DNA of 55,495 nt, filler included, from Sphacelaria rigidula (taxonomy: Eukaryota): assembly GCA_964200075.2 (NCBI GenBank). It is 6 parts of 6 records of this genome, joined end to end, with 100 filler letters (N's around TTAATTAATTAA, not from the genome) between each part and the next. Parts side by side here need not be neighbours in the genome. Positions count along the whole stretch, not along the records: positions 9,268 to 18,433 come from CAXNAA020009144.1; positions 18,534 to 27,699 come from CAXNAA020009145.1; 4 more parts are not named here. One strand, given 5' to 3'. How positions within the stretch are numbered: position 1 is the first letter of the stretch; the number at the start of each line of letters is the position of its first letter. Of the stretch, positions 10,051-22,946 are shown one piece after another. The notes beneath the pieces are model-generated. The model was given only the letters and a program-made list of their open reading frames with translations, ran no database searches and was not told where the DNA came from. Position numbers and translations under genes: made by a program.

Positions 10051-12574
10051 TCAACCAAGTGTTACTGGCAGTGCCATGTTCACGTGACTAGATTGATGCC
10101 AATCCAGAACAATTCGATCTACCGCCTTCGCGGCCGACATGAAACCAGGGACTGCGGTATGATTTTGTATGTGATTGCCCTCGCCTCCACCACGAGTGCC
10201 ATATCTCACCCCAGGTCCAACTTGTTCACTGGTAGACTCGTTGAGTTCTGCGTCCACAGAACCTTCTGATAGCAACGTCCCTGGTCGAGAAATCTCCTCT
10301 CCACTGCCGAGAAAACTCGCCTGGTCTTCGTCATCCCCCACCATTACCCCACTACCTGTCGCCGGCGCTGTCGTTTCACGCGGTTCCGGCGTGTTCAACG
10401 GCATACTTCGGGCGTAAGAAACCCCCCTTGTAACATTAGGGTCCCGTTCGCACAAATGCGCCCTCCGCACGGCCTGCATCAGTGGATAATAGTTTTATTG
10501 GATATTCGGAGCGGTGAAAGCCTTTTGTCAGTAGTCTTTGAGACCCCGCAACAGGAGAGACACATGTTCTACAACACGTGAGACGGATTGAAGTAGCCCA
10601 GCCTGGCCACGCGCCATCTGGGAAACTTGGTATTACGTGGAGGATACGGAAGCGGTGCACGCGGGAGAAGAAATGAGGCTGCTTCACCTGTGCCTTTTGT
10701 TCCTCTCCCCGGTAAAATGAATGAATAAAGCTATACAAACTGACTGTACCCGTCTTTGCGGGTGCTGAACACTCTTCCTCTATCATGTGTTGCCTCCTAG
10801 GTCCAGAAACATTCCTGGGGGGAATCAGTAGATGAGCTTAGGTAAACTTGAGTGATGTGTCTACACACACCTATACAATATATAGATATACATCTTCGTA
10901 AATTATTATTTTCTAGACTGACCATGTGGCTTGAAAATACGAAGCGACGAAATACGGAAAAAGGGGGGAATGTTTTCTTCTCTTCGATACTGTACTATTG
11001 TTGCGATCCCCCTCTTCCCCATCGCTCCATGTCGCTGAACGACTCGCCTTCCAGTTCCAAGCGAATGATGCCTGTTTTGCACCCACGATCGCAGTCATAT
11101 TCGGGGCGCGCAACCTGTTCCCTGTTCCTGACAGTATTGCGTCGTCTATCTTCTTCAGAAGGGCATCCACGCGTTCGCCGTCTAGCGCGGATGCGGGCGG
11201 GTGGCACCAGTCCCAGTTCCACTTGGCAGACGGAGGGGGCAGCGCGTCGGGGGACTGCACGACGTTCAAGTGATGCCCCGCACGGTGTGTGTGGAGGGGG
11301 GATATTGAGGTATATTTTGTATACGCTGATTGGTCTACATGCATCACTGGTTGTCAAGAGCGAAGAACCGGGGTCTGTATACGATAAAAATACAGTACGA
11401 AAGAGAGGTGAAGCTGTGTTGAGGGTTGGATGAAGAGACATATTGGATGACTGGAGGTGCCGCTAAACGAGCCAGACGTTCGTGACTATCGCATAACTCC
11501 TGAGGTTCAGAGCACATGAAAAAGATATAAGCTTGTCAAGAACTGCGTCCTCTGCTGGTCTGCTGGCTTTGATGATGACCTGGCCACGTCATTTCCGGCT
11601 CGCGCCCAGGCAAATGCACACGTTTCGTTGCTGGGCTTCGTGCTTCACAGCACGGCAAAAACGCCGTTGCTTCCTCCCGTGCGAGCGTCCTTAAGGCTTT
11701 AGCTTGAACGATGTATCGGCTTGTGCTCCGCTCGCCCCGCCTCTCGAAAAGGACAGCAACATATTGTGTTTCATATATCACCGTTTTCGATTATCTTTTC
11801 GCGTAAAGGTCAAAGTCCTAGAGACCACCGAGATGTCACACGGTTCAGGCTCGGTTATAGATTCAGCTCTGTCCCTCAAGTCTAATGGCGAGAGATGTTC
11901 ATCCAACAAACAGGCAACAACCACACATTGTTTCGAAGATAGCGATTACCTCGTCTGTGTCTCGACGGCTTGTCGAACGCCAGCCAGCTGCCCTTTCAAT
12001 CTGGTTATACTCGTCGTCGCCATTAGATACCCCGTCCCGCACGTGACGGGTCCCCATAAGCCTATCGTTGTCGCCACCACCACAACCAGTAACACCGTGA
12101 GCAAACCCGTGTCTGGCATCCGTGGCTGCTACATCGTGGGATTCCCAACAGTCACCCCCTTCGACCGTTTTGCATCCTTCCATATCTCCGTCATCCTCCG
12201 GACCTCCACTACGCCCACCCACGCGGTTCCGAGCTCCGGTTCCCGGTCCCACCGATGCACGACTTCCTAGTCCGATTTCCCTAGTGGTGATAATTTTTAT
12301 TACTGGTAAGTCTAGCAATGCGCAAGACGACCAATCGGCTTTGACCGCACCACCGATGCTTCCAGGTCCACTTCTTTCGTCGTCGTCGTGGTCGTCGTTA
12401 TTGTTGTTGTTAATCTTTTTCGTCGTGGTGGCGGTGGCGGCGATGGCGGCGGCGGCGTAAGCGTTGCGTTTGGAACTGGTGGCGCTTCCTAGTTTTCGAT
12501 GACGGATGGAGTCAGCGCATCCCCTCTTTGATGGTGATGAAGTGCTTTGAGGCAGCACCTCAGACTGCACATCC
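10051..12574 (-). CDS. Hypothetical low-complexity protein, 3' part (exons 12574-11950, 11254-10991, 10473-10051)
   Basis: Three long open frames bounded by cag|...|gt sites that join in phase 0/0, with Gly/Ser/Asp-rich composition. No family recognised. Confidence 0.45.
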
Positions 12575-12672
12575 CTGTGTGTGTTGTAGTAAAGCGGCCG
12601 AATGTTTGCCGTTCAGTAGGAGTGCTACTTCTAATGTGCGTGTATGCATGTATTCGTGTGTGGATGTGTATA

Positions 12673-13193
12673 CTTCCTCTGTCCTATAAGTAAAGGTACT
12701 TGAATTTGCCCGGGCCCTTGACGATGTCCGATCGTTTTTTTTTCATGAACTCTACGGTGTTTTTTGGGTTAAGAAAATGTGTTTAAAATTTTGCAGCTCA
12801 TGCTTGAACCATGCCGCCGAACGACTGCAAAAAAAGTTGTCGGCCCAAAAATGACCGTTTTTTGCCCCTTTGCGAGGGGAGAAAAAGTGTCGTTTTTTTT
12901 TTTAAATCGCCCCCGCCTTCCCTGGGTCTTGCTGCCAGGAATCCCCACGCGATTAAAAAATGAAAAGAAAAAACGACACTTTTTTCCCTTCGGAAAGGGG
13001 CAAAAAACGGCCATTTTTGGGCCGAGTACTTTTTTGCAGCCATTCGGCGGCATGGTTTAAGCACGAGCTGCACTTTTTTAGACACGTTTTTTCAACCTAA
13101 AACACACCGTAGAGTTCATTAAAAAACAAAAAGACCGGACATCGTTAAGGGCCCGTACAAATTTAGGTGCCTTTACTTATGGGACAGAGGGAG
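12673..13193. mobile_element. Stowaway-like (Tc1/mariner-type) foldback MITE, 521 bp
   Basis: TA|CTTCCTCTGTCC...GGACAGAGGGAG|TA termini with TA duplication and ~240-bp inverted arms. Confidence 0.88.
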
Positions 13194-13682
13194 TATGTAT
13201 GTATGTATGCATGCATGTAATCTGCATGCATGTGTAGCCAAAATATACCAAGGCGTAGTAGAGGTAGCATGTAGGATCCTCGGTGATGACCAGAGGACAA
13301 GGGCATCCTGTGGACGATGATCCTTGCTGTGTAGCTCATGCCTGATGGTACGGGCCGCAGGTGTTTACTCCGTGAATATAACAAGTGAGAAGAAATGACT
13401 TGCTGAGCACGAGGCCAGTGCTACTGGAGGAGTCCCTCGTGGATAGTCCTCTTGTCCAGATCGTCTGGCAGAGGCTACAATATCTAGATATTATTCTTCC
13501 GGCACTCTGTCAGGGGAGTCTTGGTTGAGGAGAAAGGTTGGGCAGCAGCTCATAGAGCCAGTAGCCCGCAGACAGGAGGAGACACAGCCTGAAGCGCACA
13601 GCATTGGGAGAACGCTCCGTGAGCTGGAGGACGCACAAGTCAGGCAAGAGTATCTCCGTGAAGTGTTTGAAGTTTAGACGAC

Positions 13683-14500
13683 ATGACTCAAGCGGCGGCA
13701 GCGCCGCTGGTGTTAGGTGAGCCATTACAGCCGCCAAAGTATGGTGAAGTATGGACCGAGAAGGCATCTCGCGTGTTTTTTGCAAGATACGTTGAATACG
13801 TACAGAGGTGGAGCCTAGCTGATGCAGAAGGAATCATACGGCATGAGAGGGTGAGCATAGGTCACCTCATTCCTGCCTACATTCACCGCTGCTTTGAAGA
13901 CATGTACAAGGGCGGTCGGGTTATGATCTCCGATGAATTCCTTGATGCTGTGAAGCAGCATGCCGGGTATACGACAACCAGTGGAAAGCATGGCGCTACG
14001 CGGGCTGCAGCAGACGTACGTAGGGTACTTACAATGAAGCAGAGCGATGGAAAGTCCGTGAAGGATGGTGCTATGATGGTTAGCTCAGACATAAAACGGT
14101 TTTTTGCTGAAAATTTGATGGTGTAAGCAATGTACCGTGCAGAGGACAGGAGTTGGTTGCCTGGCCCAGCCAAGCCGGTTTCCATAGCTTTGGTGGGTGG
14201 GAGTTCGCCCCCGGACTTCAAGGCATATGTTAAAAGTGTACTAACGTATGTTGACGGCTGGAAAAGGAACCCGACAGTGGTGTTCAAAACACTATTTGAG
14301 GCGGCCGACCAGTGGAAGTTCATTGAAGCACATGGCCGGCGCGACTCTGCAACAAGTGCAGGTGTTTTGCACCACAAACAGCAACAGCAACAGCAACAGC
14401 AGTCGTCTTCGCGAGAGTCGTCCACTCGCGCGTGTTACAACTGCGGCGACACCGGACATATAATAAAGGACTGCCCAAAGTCTCGCGCTCAAGGCGCTGC
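13683..14500 (+). pseudogene. gag: Gag with CCHC zinc knuckle, disrupted
   Basis: ORFs 13683-14126 and 14130-14687 are in the same frame, split by one stop. CYNCGDTGHIIKDC = CX2CX4HX4C. Confidence 0.85.
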
Positions 14501-14939
14501 ACAGGGCAATGCACGAGATTTATCAGGACCCCGGGCGGTCGTCACGGTGGACGGGACCGTGCCAATCAGGGACGCGGGCGCGGCGGCCGCGGCAGCAAGC
14601 AATCGGCGGAGGATGGTGGTTCCTCCGCTGCTGTTTCTTCCACTACATCATCAGGTGGTGACTCTGGATCTTATGGTTCGTCCGTAGCGGGGTGAACAGT
14701 GTACGTGGGAAACGGAAACACTTCGGTGGGGAGTGCTGGAGCGAATAGCTCGCAACCCATTGGCCAGGCAGGATCTGTGTCTGGTACGTTCCCTACGGCT
14801 GCGACGGCGGTTACAGCGCCGTCTGCATATTCAGCGACATGGTCTGGTTGGACCGACGATTCGCAGCTATCTATGCCAAGTGCTGGAGGGCAGCCCTGGC
14901 GTCAGGTGACTTATTGGCACAGAACAGGGTTCTTCGGCA

Positions 14940-15330
14940 GGCGTGGTACCTGTCGATCGCAAGGGTGAATGCTTACGCGCAGATTTAGCCTTGGCTGGTT
15001 CTGTAGGTTCGTTTATGGCCCGCGTTATTCTGGATTTTGGGTCAGCTCTCACGTCGATTGGTGTGGGGTTGCTCGAACAAGTGTCTTCGCAGTTTGGAGG
15101 CGCTCAGCTTCAAATTCCGTGTTAAAACGGACCGCAAACGGCGCAGACCGCCACGAGTGCTCCCGTGACGGTTACAGACAAGACACTGCCCATTGTTGTT
15201 AGCGTTCGCACGCCGTGGGGGGCGGTGCAGTTGCAACCTACTACTTTCGCTGTCATGCCCGGTAGAGACAACGTGGTTCTATTTGGCATGGCGACAACCA
15301 AGGAGCTGGAAATTGATTTGTGTCCGCTGG
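14940..15330 (+). pseudogene. Retroviral-type aspartic protease remnant
   Basis: VILDFGSALTSI (degenerate D-S/T-G site) and downstream VVLFGMAT (IL/LG motif); in-frame stop at 15123-15125. Confidence 0.7.
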
Positions 15331-15689
15331 CGTCGAAACTTCCAACTACCTTTTGGCTAGGCGGGTGATCGTCCCCGTGTTGTCGTTTCGAAGTTACAGC
15401 AAGAAGGATACAGGTGAAAAGGAAGAGGAAGCTCCTGAAAGTGGAGCCGTACAGCCTATGAGGGTGCAGCCCCAGTCACAGGCGATGGCTGAGAAGGCCC
15501 AGCCCCATTGCAACGATCCGGTGAAGGCCGGGTGGCTAGCTTCGTGCATTGCACTTTTGATGGCGTTTGGGTTACTATACTGCAGTTTGCGGTCAAGCTT
15601 GGAGAGAGCGGCGATAAAAATGCCGGGAAATTTCTGCTCCCGACGGGTGAGCGAATCCAAGGTGGGGGCGCACATTCCCCCTCCCCACG

Positions 15690-16100
15690 AGGATATGGTG
15701 CATGGTGGGGATAAGGTGCATGGCACTCGCCCGGAGGAGGTGATGAAATTAAATTTCCTCAGCGATGGAGCGAGTGGTCAGCTGGAATATGGTGGGTTGG
15801 ACGGCGGAGATCCGACCCAAGATAATTTGGTGATCAAAGACGATGTGAGCAACTTCGTGTGGTCTCAGCCCGCGGAGTCTAGTGTGGAGGCGAAGAAGGT
15901 GGAGCATGTTCTGACATGATTCAAAGCAAAAGCGATGGGGTCGACGGAGGTATGGGTCGGCGATACGGGATGTCATGTGAAGAATTGTGCGGTGAGAGCG
16001 TTTAATGAGGCGCTGATGGATCACAGATTTCGGATGGTCAACTCGCCGTTGTCCCATCGTAAATGTAAGCGAATGATGCGTGATATTTCTCATATGATGT
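15690..16100 (+). pseudogene. Integrase core remnant 1
   Basis: LVIKDDVSNFVW...EVWVGDTGCHVKN resembles the DDE core pattern (LVxxDxxSxFVW...WVSDxGxHFKN). Confidence 0.7.
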
Positions 16101-17009
16101 CAGGTCAGGTGCTTAATGAGGATGATGCGGTGCCGTAGGAGAGATCGTCGATGCGCAAGCTTCTGTGGAGGCAGAGTAGTTGTCGCATTGGTTCGGCAGT
16201 AAGGATACGCTGTTTGATGGCATGCTGAGATGCACCATGGGGGTGCTAGTTGTGGCTGCTAGGAGCCACCGTACGAGAGGACTTATTGCTCCATGGTGTG
16301 CAGAAGGCAGTGGTTCCAGTGCTGCTACTTCGCAGGAGCGGACTGGAAGCCTACAAAGCGGGGATCACCTGAGATGAGTGATATAGTGGTGAGCTCCGAA
16401 TTGAATATTGTTGAGGAGCAAGTACTTGTGAGAGTGCTTGTTGAGCATGAGGACATACATCATGATGACTGGTAGTTCCGAATCGTTTTCTGACGATGAG
16501 AGGTTGATATAGTGTGCCTTTTGGATCATATTTGTGTTGCTGTTCGCGCATGAAGCATGACAGTAGAGCAGGTGTGCTCGTGTTGCGTTCGCTGGAAAAT
16601 GCCGGTGTACGCGTGGAATTTGGTATGCGTGTGCTGTGCTGCTCTGAATGATGCATGGTTTGTGCAACACGGCTTGCATCGCAGGTCCTGAGTCAAATAT
16701 TGGCGTGCATGTACGAAATGTCGTATGCTGAGTGGAATAGGAATGCATGTACGGATTTTCGTATGCCCAGTGGGATCTTGGCATGTATGTGTGGAATTTT
16801 CGCTCGAATGCTACTGATGTGCATGGTGTCTGATGACCGTCAGGGTGAGACAGTTAACAAAATACTGACTGTAGGAGACGGTGATCGCTGCTGATGACGT
16901 GAAAATGAGCTGAAATTACAAAATGCGTAGGCTCGTTCTCTGTGAGCAGAGATCACACAAGTTTTCGTGTGTTTGAGGATCAAAGAAATCATGCACGTAT
17001 GACAAACTG

Positions 17010-17400
17010 ATCCTTGCCCGTGGAACGTTTTTGGCGATACTGTTCAAGGTATTGCGCCAGGTGAGGTGTTCAATTTGATTTTTTTACATCGGCAGAAGCG
17101 AACTTGATGGTACTAACTGCCTAATGGTTTGCTGTACGTTTGTTATTCCGGATGATTTGTCGAATTCGTGTGGTTGGAACCAACCGAGGCTTGCACTGCC
17201 GAGGTTACCGCTAAGTATTTGTTGCAATGGTGCAAGACTTTGGGGGTGCGGCGTGTGTGGGTTAGTGATACCGCCAAGCGCTTTAAGAACCAAGTACAAG
17301 AATCGCGCAGCAGAGCGACGCGCTGGAGGTGCAGCACCCATTTGATGTTGCGTACACCCATTGGTCGAATGGTTCTGAAGCAATGGTCATGTTATTGTTT
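17010..17400 (+). pseudogene. Integrase core remnant 2
   Basis: FVIPDDLSN / WLEPTEACTAEVTAKYLLQWCKTLGVRRVWVSDTAKRFKN, frameshifted. Confidence 0.75.
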
Positions 17401-17886
17401 CGGTCGATTGAGATGGGTTCGGTTCTGAGAAAAATACGTAGAAGTCTTTTCGGAAGATAAATGTTTCTGCGCCTGAATTTTTTGCGCAGGAATTGCGTAA
17501 ACTGAGGTTGACTCGGGCGCTGACAAGTGAGTTAGCGTCGGAATATAGCATTTGTTTGTGATTTGGAGCATGCGAATTCGCCTTGGTTTTTTGTTGGTTG
17601 TCAACCTCGTTCGTTTGTCTTGAACTCGCTTTGGGGGTGCTGTAGCAAAAATATACCAAGACGTTGTAGAGGTAGCATGTAGGATCCTGGATGATGACCA
17701 GAGGACAAGGGCATTCTGTGGATGATGACCCTTGCTGTGTAGCCCATGCCTGATGGTACGGGCCGCAGGTGTTTACTCCGTGAATATAACAAGTGAGAAG
17801 AAGGGACTTGTTGAGCACGAGGCCAGTGCTACTGGAGGAGTCCCTCGTGGATAGTCCTCTTGTCCAAACGTCTCGCAGAGGCTACA

Positions 17887-17976
17887 CATGCATGTATGTA
17901 TGTATTAATGTTTGTATGTGTGTGTACGTATGTATGTATTTATGTACAGTACGTACATACGTATTAATGTGTGCTG

Positions 17977-18010
<34 letters not shown>

Positions 18011-18433
18011 TGTATGTATGTATGTATGTATGTATGAATGCATGTTTGTATGTATAACAATGTTTTCGTGATATTGAGAGTAGAGCATACGATTGAGAGC
18101 GGAAAGCGGTCAATCAACTAGTAAATGAACCGTTTCAGTTCCGAAATGCCCTTCCACGAGGCCCGATATGCTTTCTGTAGTAGCTTGCTACCGAGGCCCT
18201 CGATATCCCCGAGTAGGATATCGGCGTGTAGCTGTAAGCACACGCTAGTGTTAGAGGCGAAGAAAAGCACACACGGAATGAAAATCTGGCTACGTCAAAG
18301 TGAATGACCAAAGCAACTCTCAGTCAGCGCTCTACTCTCAATCTCACGAAAACGTTGTTGTATGTATGTATGTATGAATGTATGTATGTATGTATGTATG
18401 TATGTATGTATGTATGTATGTATGTATGTATGT
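17887..18433. repeat. (TATG)n microsatellite; also at 13194-13232 and 12640-12672
   Basis: Direct inspection. Confidence 0.95.
18055..18360. mobile_element. TA-flanked MITE, 306 bp, inside (TATG)n
   Basis: TAACAATGTTTTCGTGATATTGAGAGTAGAGC ... GCTCTACTCTCAATCTCACGAAAACGTTGTTG TIRs, with TA on both sides. Confidence 0.85.
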
Positions 18434-21093
18434 NNNNNNNNNNNNNNNNNNNNNNNNNNNNNNNNNNNNNNNNNNNNTTAATTAATTAANNNNNNNNNNN
18501 NNNNNNNNNNNNNNNNNNNNNNNNNNNNNNNNNAGCTGCAGGCGCATAAGTGGCATCGTCTCACGGTTCCTGCTCAAGGGGGGGGGGGGGGGTATTTTGG
18601 GCCACTGCTTGCACGAAATTCCGAGGCAAATCGCCGCTGAAATCAGCAACGGTTGCTCGAACGGGCTTGTTATAGATACACGACGCTCATTCATATCGAT
18701 TGACACCGTTTTGAACCAACTGTAAGCGCATCGCGAGTGTTGCAGGTCATCTGACACACTTTATCAGCCTTTTTTCCCGTGCAATCAAACAACCCCCCCC
18801 CCCCTATCGTAGAATGGCTCATTCATCATAAAAAAGGCACCGCAGTACACCTCGGAACACCACAAACCACAGCACACCACGGACAGCACCGCACCATGAT
18901 ACAGTGCAGCCCCAAACATGTATATCGCTCTGCGTGCGGTCCTGTCACCGATAACCTCAACTTCGAGGACATAATGTCGGGGCAGCTTCGAGGAATCTTG
19001 GCGGGTAGTGGCGACGTGTCTTGAGGGGAAGTGAGTCGAACGTAATTGTGTGCAAACAACAAGCAAGCGAATAGACGCCCAAGCCAAATCCATGTGTCCC
19101 AAACTCTACATTTCGTGCTCGGTGGTCTGCTGGCGGCGTTTGCCCCCGGCCACGCCGCTGCCAGTGGCGCCTGGAACGCGTATGCAGCGGCGGTATCCTC
19201 TACTATTCATTGCTGTGTCACTTGGCCATCGGATGAGCGTGGTCCCCCTCTCTCCCCGGCTTTTTGTCAGTGATTTTGTGCTCTAGGTCGGCCGGGGTCG
19301 GCGGGGCTTTTACAACATTGAGGGGGTCGGAGAGGGGTACGAGCTGGGCCAGCCTAAAAACGGATTTAAGGTCTAAAAGCAATATCTCGTCGACACAGAT
19401 GAGTTGGGCCGTGATCCGCATATCGTATTGATTGTCTAATCAAGGGGAAGGTGCTGATCTGCTTGAAAGTTCGGGCTCACACTCTCTCGTTGATTAAACC
19501 CCATGTCTAGTAATTTCTATACCTGACGGAGATGGCGTCCGTACTAAGACCTATATGAAACCCCCGATCAATGCATTCAGCGGATGACGAGTTGTGGTGT
19601 GGACATTCTCTGGAGCAAGGGGAGACGACAGATACCCTCACCTTCACCTCATTCGTTATCTATCCCGAGATATGGCGCACATACGTTTCTATACTAAAAT
19701 CAATATATTACGAGCAGAGGCACTAGATGCTCTAAATCTAGGAATCGCGTCTCAGTTTTTGAGAGTCATTCCATAAAAATTCATGTGGTGAACCGCTAGT
19801 GCATCATAGAAAAAGATGAAAACAGTTTGTTACCCTTTTTCATTCTTTTTCTTTTTTTTTTCGTGTTTTTAGTGGAATTTTGAGGAGAAATGAACAGTGC
19901 TCCTAGGCCTCATCTCAATGTTTTAGCTCAATTTTTAAAATTATGATTTTAAAGTTAGAACACTTCGTATGACAGCCAATCCAGAATCTGACGGGACTCG
20001 AATTTGTGCCAAATCGGGGGGACCCAGATTCGCGAAACTCATATTCGTGTGTACTCCTGTATGGCTTGGCTTCACAGATTTTTGTTGAAATTGTTTGAAC
20101 ACGAACGTTCATTTTCTGGGCTGGTGTGGTTTCACAGTAGTGAAGCCGAAGAACAGGCAGGCAGGGAACCATTCTTCAAGAGCAGCGTCGTACCATGGTA
20201 CCCTAGGGTATAATGTTGTGAAGTACACCGCACAATCACAGTACGCCATAATGCCGTGTGATAATACAGGATGATAAACTCGGTATGGCGAGAACAGTGC
20301 ACAGTGTGCGACAAGAGTTCACAACTGCAGTGTCATTCATCACCCTGCAAGTGCCGCGACAGCAGAGTGTATGTAGGAGAGTACACTACCGTTCGTTATG
20401 ATGATACATACAGCAGACAGTGCAGCATAAAATTTTGCCATCACCGCAGGTACGGCGTCAACACTTCTTATCCGCTTGTCAAACCCCGTGCGGAGCTGCT
20501 CCAGCAGCCGGCGCTCGCAGGCACCGTCTGTGCAGTCACGAGACTGTCTGCTGCTGTTGTTACAAAAATACCAAACGCCTGTTGCCCCATCACTGTGATA
20601 CGTATGTCAGTTGCTACAGATTCGGGGGATCTCGATTTTCCACGGATCTGTGCTCAGATTCGTGTAAAACCGTTTTCAAATCGTGACAGACGAATCTGAG
20701 CTTCCCCCATTTGGGCCGAATTGGGGTCCATACAATGCGTATCCGGATCTGAGGTCCCCCGATCTGCGTACAGATCCGTTTTTTTCACTGACATACAGAG
20801 TGGTCTTAGCATGAAGAACCACAAAAGTGTGTCGAATAAAAAATAAAAACGGGCCTCCATTTTTTTCAACTTTTTTCATAGAGGTTAGAGCGTTCTCGTG
20901 AAGAAATGGTTTTTACCAGACTAAAACGCCCTCAACCAGAGAAAAAATGAATAAAAAAAACTGTTTCACTGATTTTTGTTAATTATGCCCTGGCGAGGGC
21001 CCACACAAAATTTCAATACACAAGAACCAAACGTGGGCCGGTGAGTGGCCTGTGAAATTCTGTTCCGAATTTCTACCGACACGGTTTTTGAAT

Positions 21094-21369
21094 GGCGGAT
21101 GCGCCGGCCAAGATTTAGAGTTGGAGCGTAAAATTTGGTATGGACAACGCATAGGGCATAAAAAGAAATTGGAAAGAAGCACCAGAAGGGCTTTTTTTTT
21201 CGTGATTTAAGGGCAATAATCAGTTTTCAGGTATCAGTAAAACGCCCTTAACTCACGAAAAAACAAAAACTTCTGGTGCTTCTTCACAAAAACATTTATG
21301 CCCTACTCGTATGCATTGTCCATACCAAATTTGACGCTCTAACTCTAAAAATTGGCCGGCGCATTCGCC
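21094..21369. mobile_element. Foldback MITE, 276 bp; degenerate partial copy at ~20880-21050
   Basis: GGCGGATGCGCCGGCCAA..TTTAGAGTTGGAGCGT ... ACGCTCTAACTCTAAA..TTGGCCGGCGCATTCGCC. Confidence 0.82.
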
Positions 21370-21882
21370 TACAAACTTCCAATCCGCTTCTAGGCTGGCC
21401 CGGCTCGTAGGGATTTTGAAGAAGGATTGTACGTTGATATCAAGGGTTGAAAAATGAACAAACGACCCGTCTTAACAATCAGGTCGTTGTATCCCTCAGG
21501 ACGGGGAAGGCTACCAACGCCATGTTTTCACTATGTTAGCACCGACCAACTTCGTTATTCGTAGGTAACTGAGCACGATTTCCCGAGACAATAATTACAA
21601 AAAGACGCGTTATATTTGAGTCGCTAGCCGCTTCATCGATCGCCCTCTGCCGAACGTCCTTGGTTCAGGACCCGCCGCAAAACCAAATATAAGAGTAATG
21701 AGCACCATAATACCTTTTTGTGCCATGGGAGCCCCGGGCCCTGGACGGTCGATACCATCTCCACGTTTCGCACACAAATAGTACTCTCGGAACCGACTGA
21801 CTAATGTGGGGGAGCGGCAGGTGTCAACATCGATGACGCCATTAATGGTATTCAGGAAAACATCATGCACACGCCTCCGTAC

Positions 21883-22064
21883 ATTATAGCCGAAGCCGTA
21901 GAGTTTCCCCGTCACTGGATCAAGCTTGGGGTGCGCCGTGAAATTCTTCGTAATGCCGCCGTTGAACTCCGAGTACGAGACCTTGCCGATTGTTTCCATC
22001 ATCCCGTCGCATAGCACTCGAAGGGCGTACGGCATCCCTCCTTCCCCAAGAGCCATCATGCGGC
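21883..22064 (-). CDS. CCD: Carotenoid cleavage dioxygenase (carotenoid oxygenase family), internal exon
   Basis: GRMMALGEGGMPYALRVLCDGMMETIG...NFTAHPKLDPVTGKLYGFGYN contains the family TAHPKxDP iron-ligand His motif; cag|...|gt boundaries. Confidence 0.93.
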
Positions 22065-22869
22065 CTGCTCGTAGTACCGAGATTGGCGGCCCGTGGATAA
22101 ACACGCGTGAGGAAACGTACGCTTCCGAGATTTCTCAAAGCTGGATAAAAAATTTGCAGCCAAGGGGTTATGGCCCCGGAGGTCAGGCGGTCATATTGCT
22201 CCGAGAGGGGATCTGGCGCTGGAGTACATGATGTCGGCAAGGAAAATTGCCGTAAGGGTAGTGCGAGCAACCGATGGTGTATCTCTACTTCAACGACTCG
22301 GGCCGTCAGTATGAAGCTCAAAGGGGTCCGGGGCGCGCGCACCATCACGAAAGAGAGCCGGAGACACCATAGCACCGGCATTGCAGATACACCCACCGGG
22401 AAAATGTAATACATGAACAGATGAACAAGACGGCTGCTAACAATCGGATGCAACCAAGCTGATCCACTACACCAATGCACGACTTGCCCTCCATCATTCG
22501 TTCAAAGTAGCGTTTGAAGCGTTTTCCGAATATGTGCCTCGCACAATATATGTGCCTCGCACGATGTTGCGAGGTGCGCCACGACGTAGCAACATCCACC
22601 TCTCAGTTCCCGCATCAGACCTAAATGTTTTACTTCAGCCCAAATGTGAAGGATATTCTTTGAACCCGAACGGCGCACAAACCTGTGTACAGGTGAGAAT
22701 AATGTGAAAACACTCTGATCGAGACAAACAGCGTTATTTTTCAGATAGATGAGTAGTGAACTTCGGAAGATTCAATAGAATGAAGCAAATAGTTATACCC
22801 GGTGCCGAGTCCGACACCATTGTTCCGTTTGAAATCGCCTAGTTACTCAAAATCTCACTGCGGGATTGG

Positions 22870-22946
22870 GACTGATCATGCGTGACTCGAACCTGCGCCA
22901 CGTCGTACTTCGTACTACTGTTTCACCATATCCCAGGCTAACTCCC
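22870..22946 (-). mobile_element. Degenerate tRNA-like SINE head
   Basis: The minus strand has TAGCCTGGGATATGG (A-box-like) and GGTTCGAGTC (B-box); no clean cloverleaf. Confidence 0.35.

Larger units (their letters stand above)
13233..17886 (+). mobile_element. Non-autonomous LTR retrotransposon (Gypsy-like), 4654 bp
   Basis: LTRs 13233-13479 and 17641-17886 (TGTAGC...GCTACA, about 15 differences by eye), 4-bp TSD CATG, G-rich tract before the 3' LTR, and internal gag/PR/IN remnants. Confidence 0.95.

Noticed and set aside
12769-13085. Mirror-image ORFs on both strands (also 48064-48688, 54508-54790)
   Set aside because: By-products of palindromic MITE sequence, not proteins.
21610-21882. 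Continuation of the CCD ORF to 21610
   Set aside because: Family similarity stops at GYN, where a GT donor occurs; the remainder is intron read-through.
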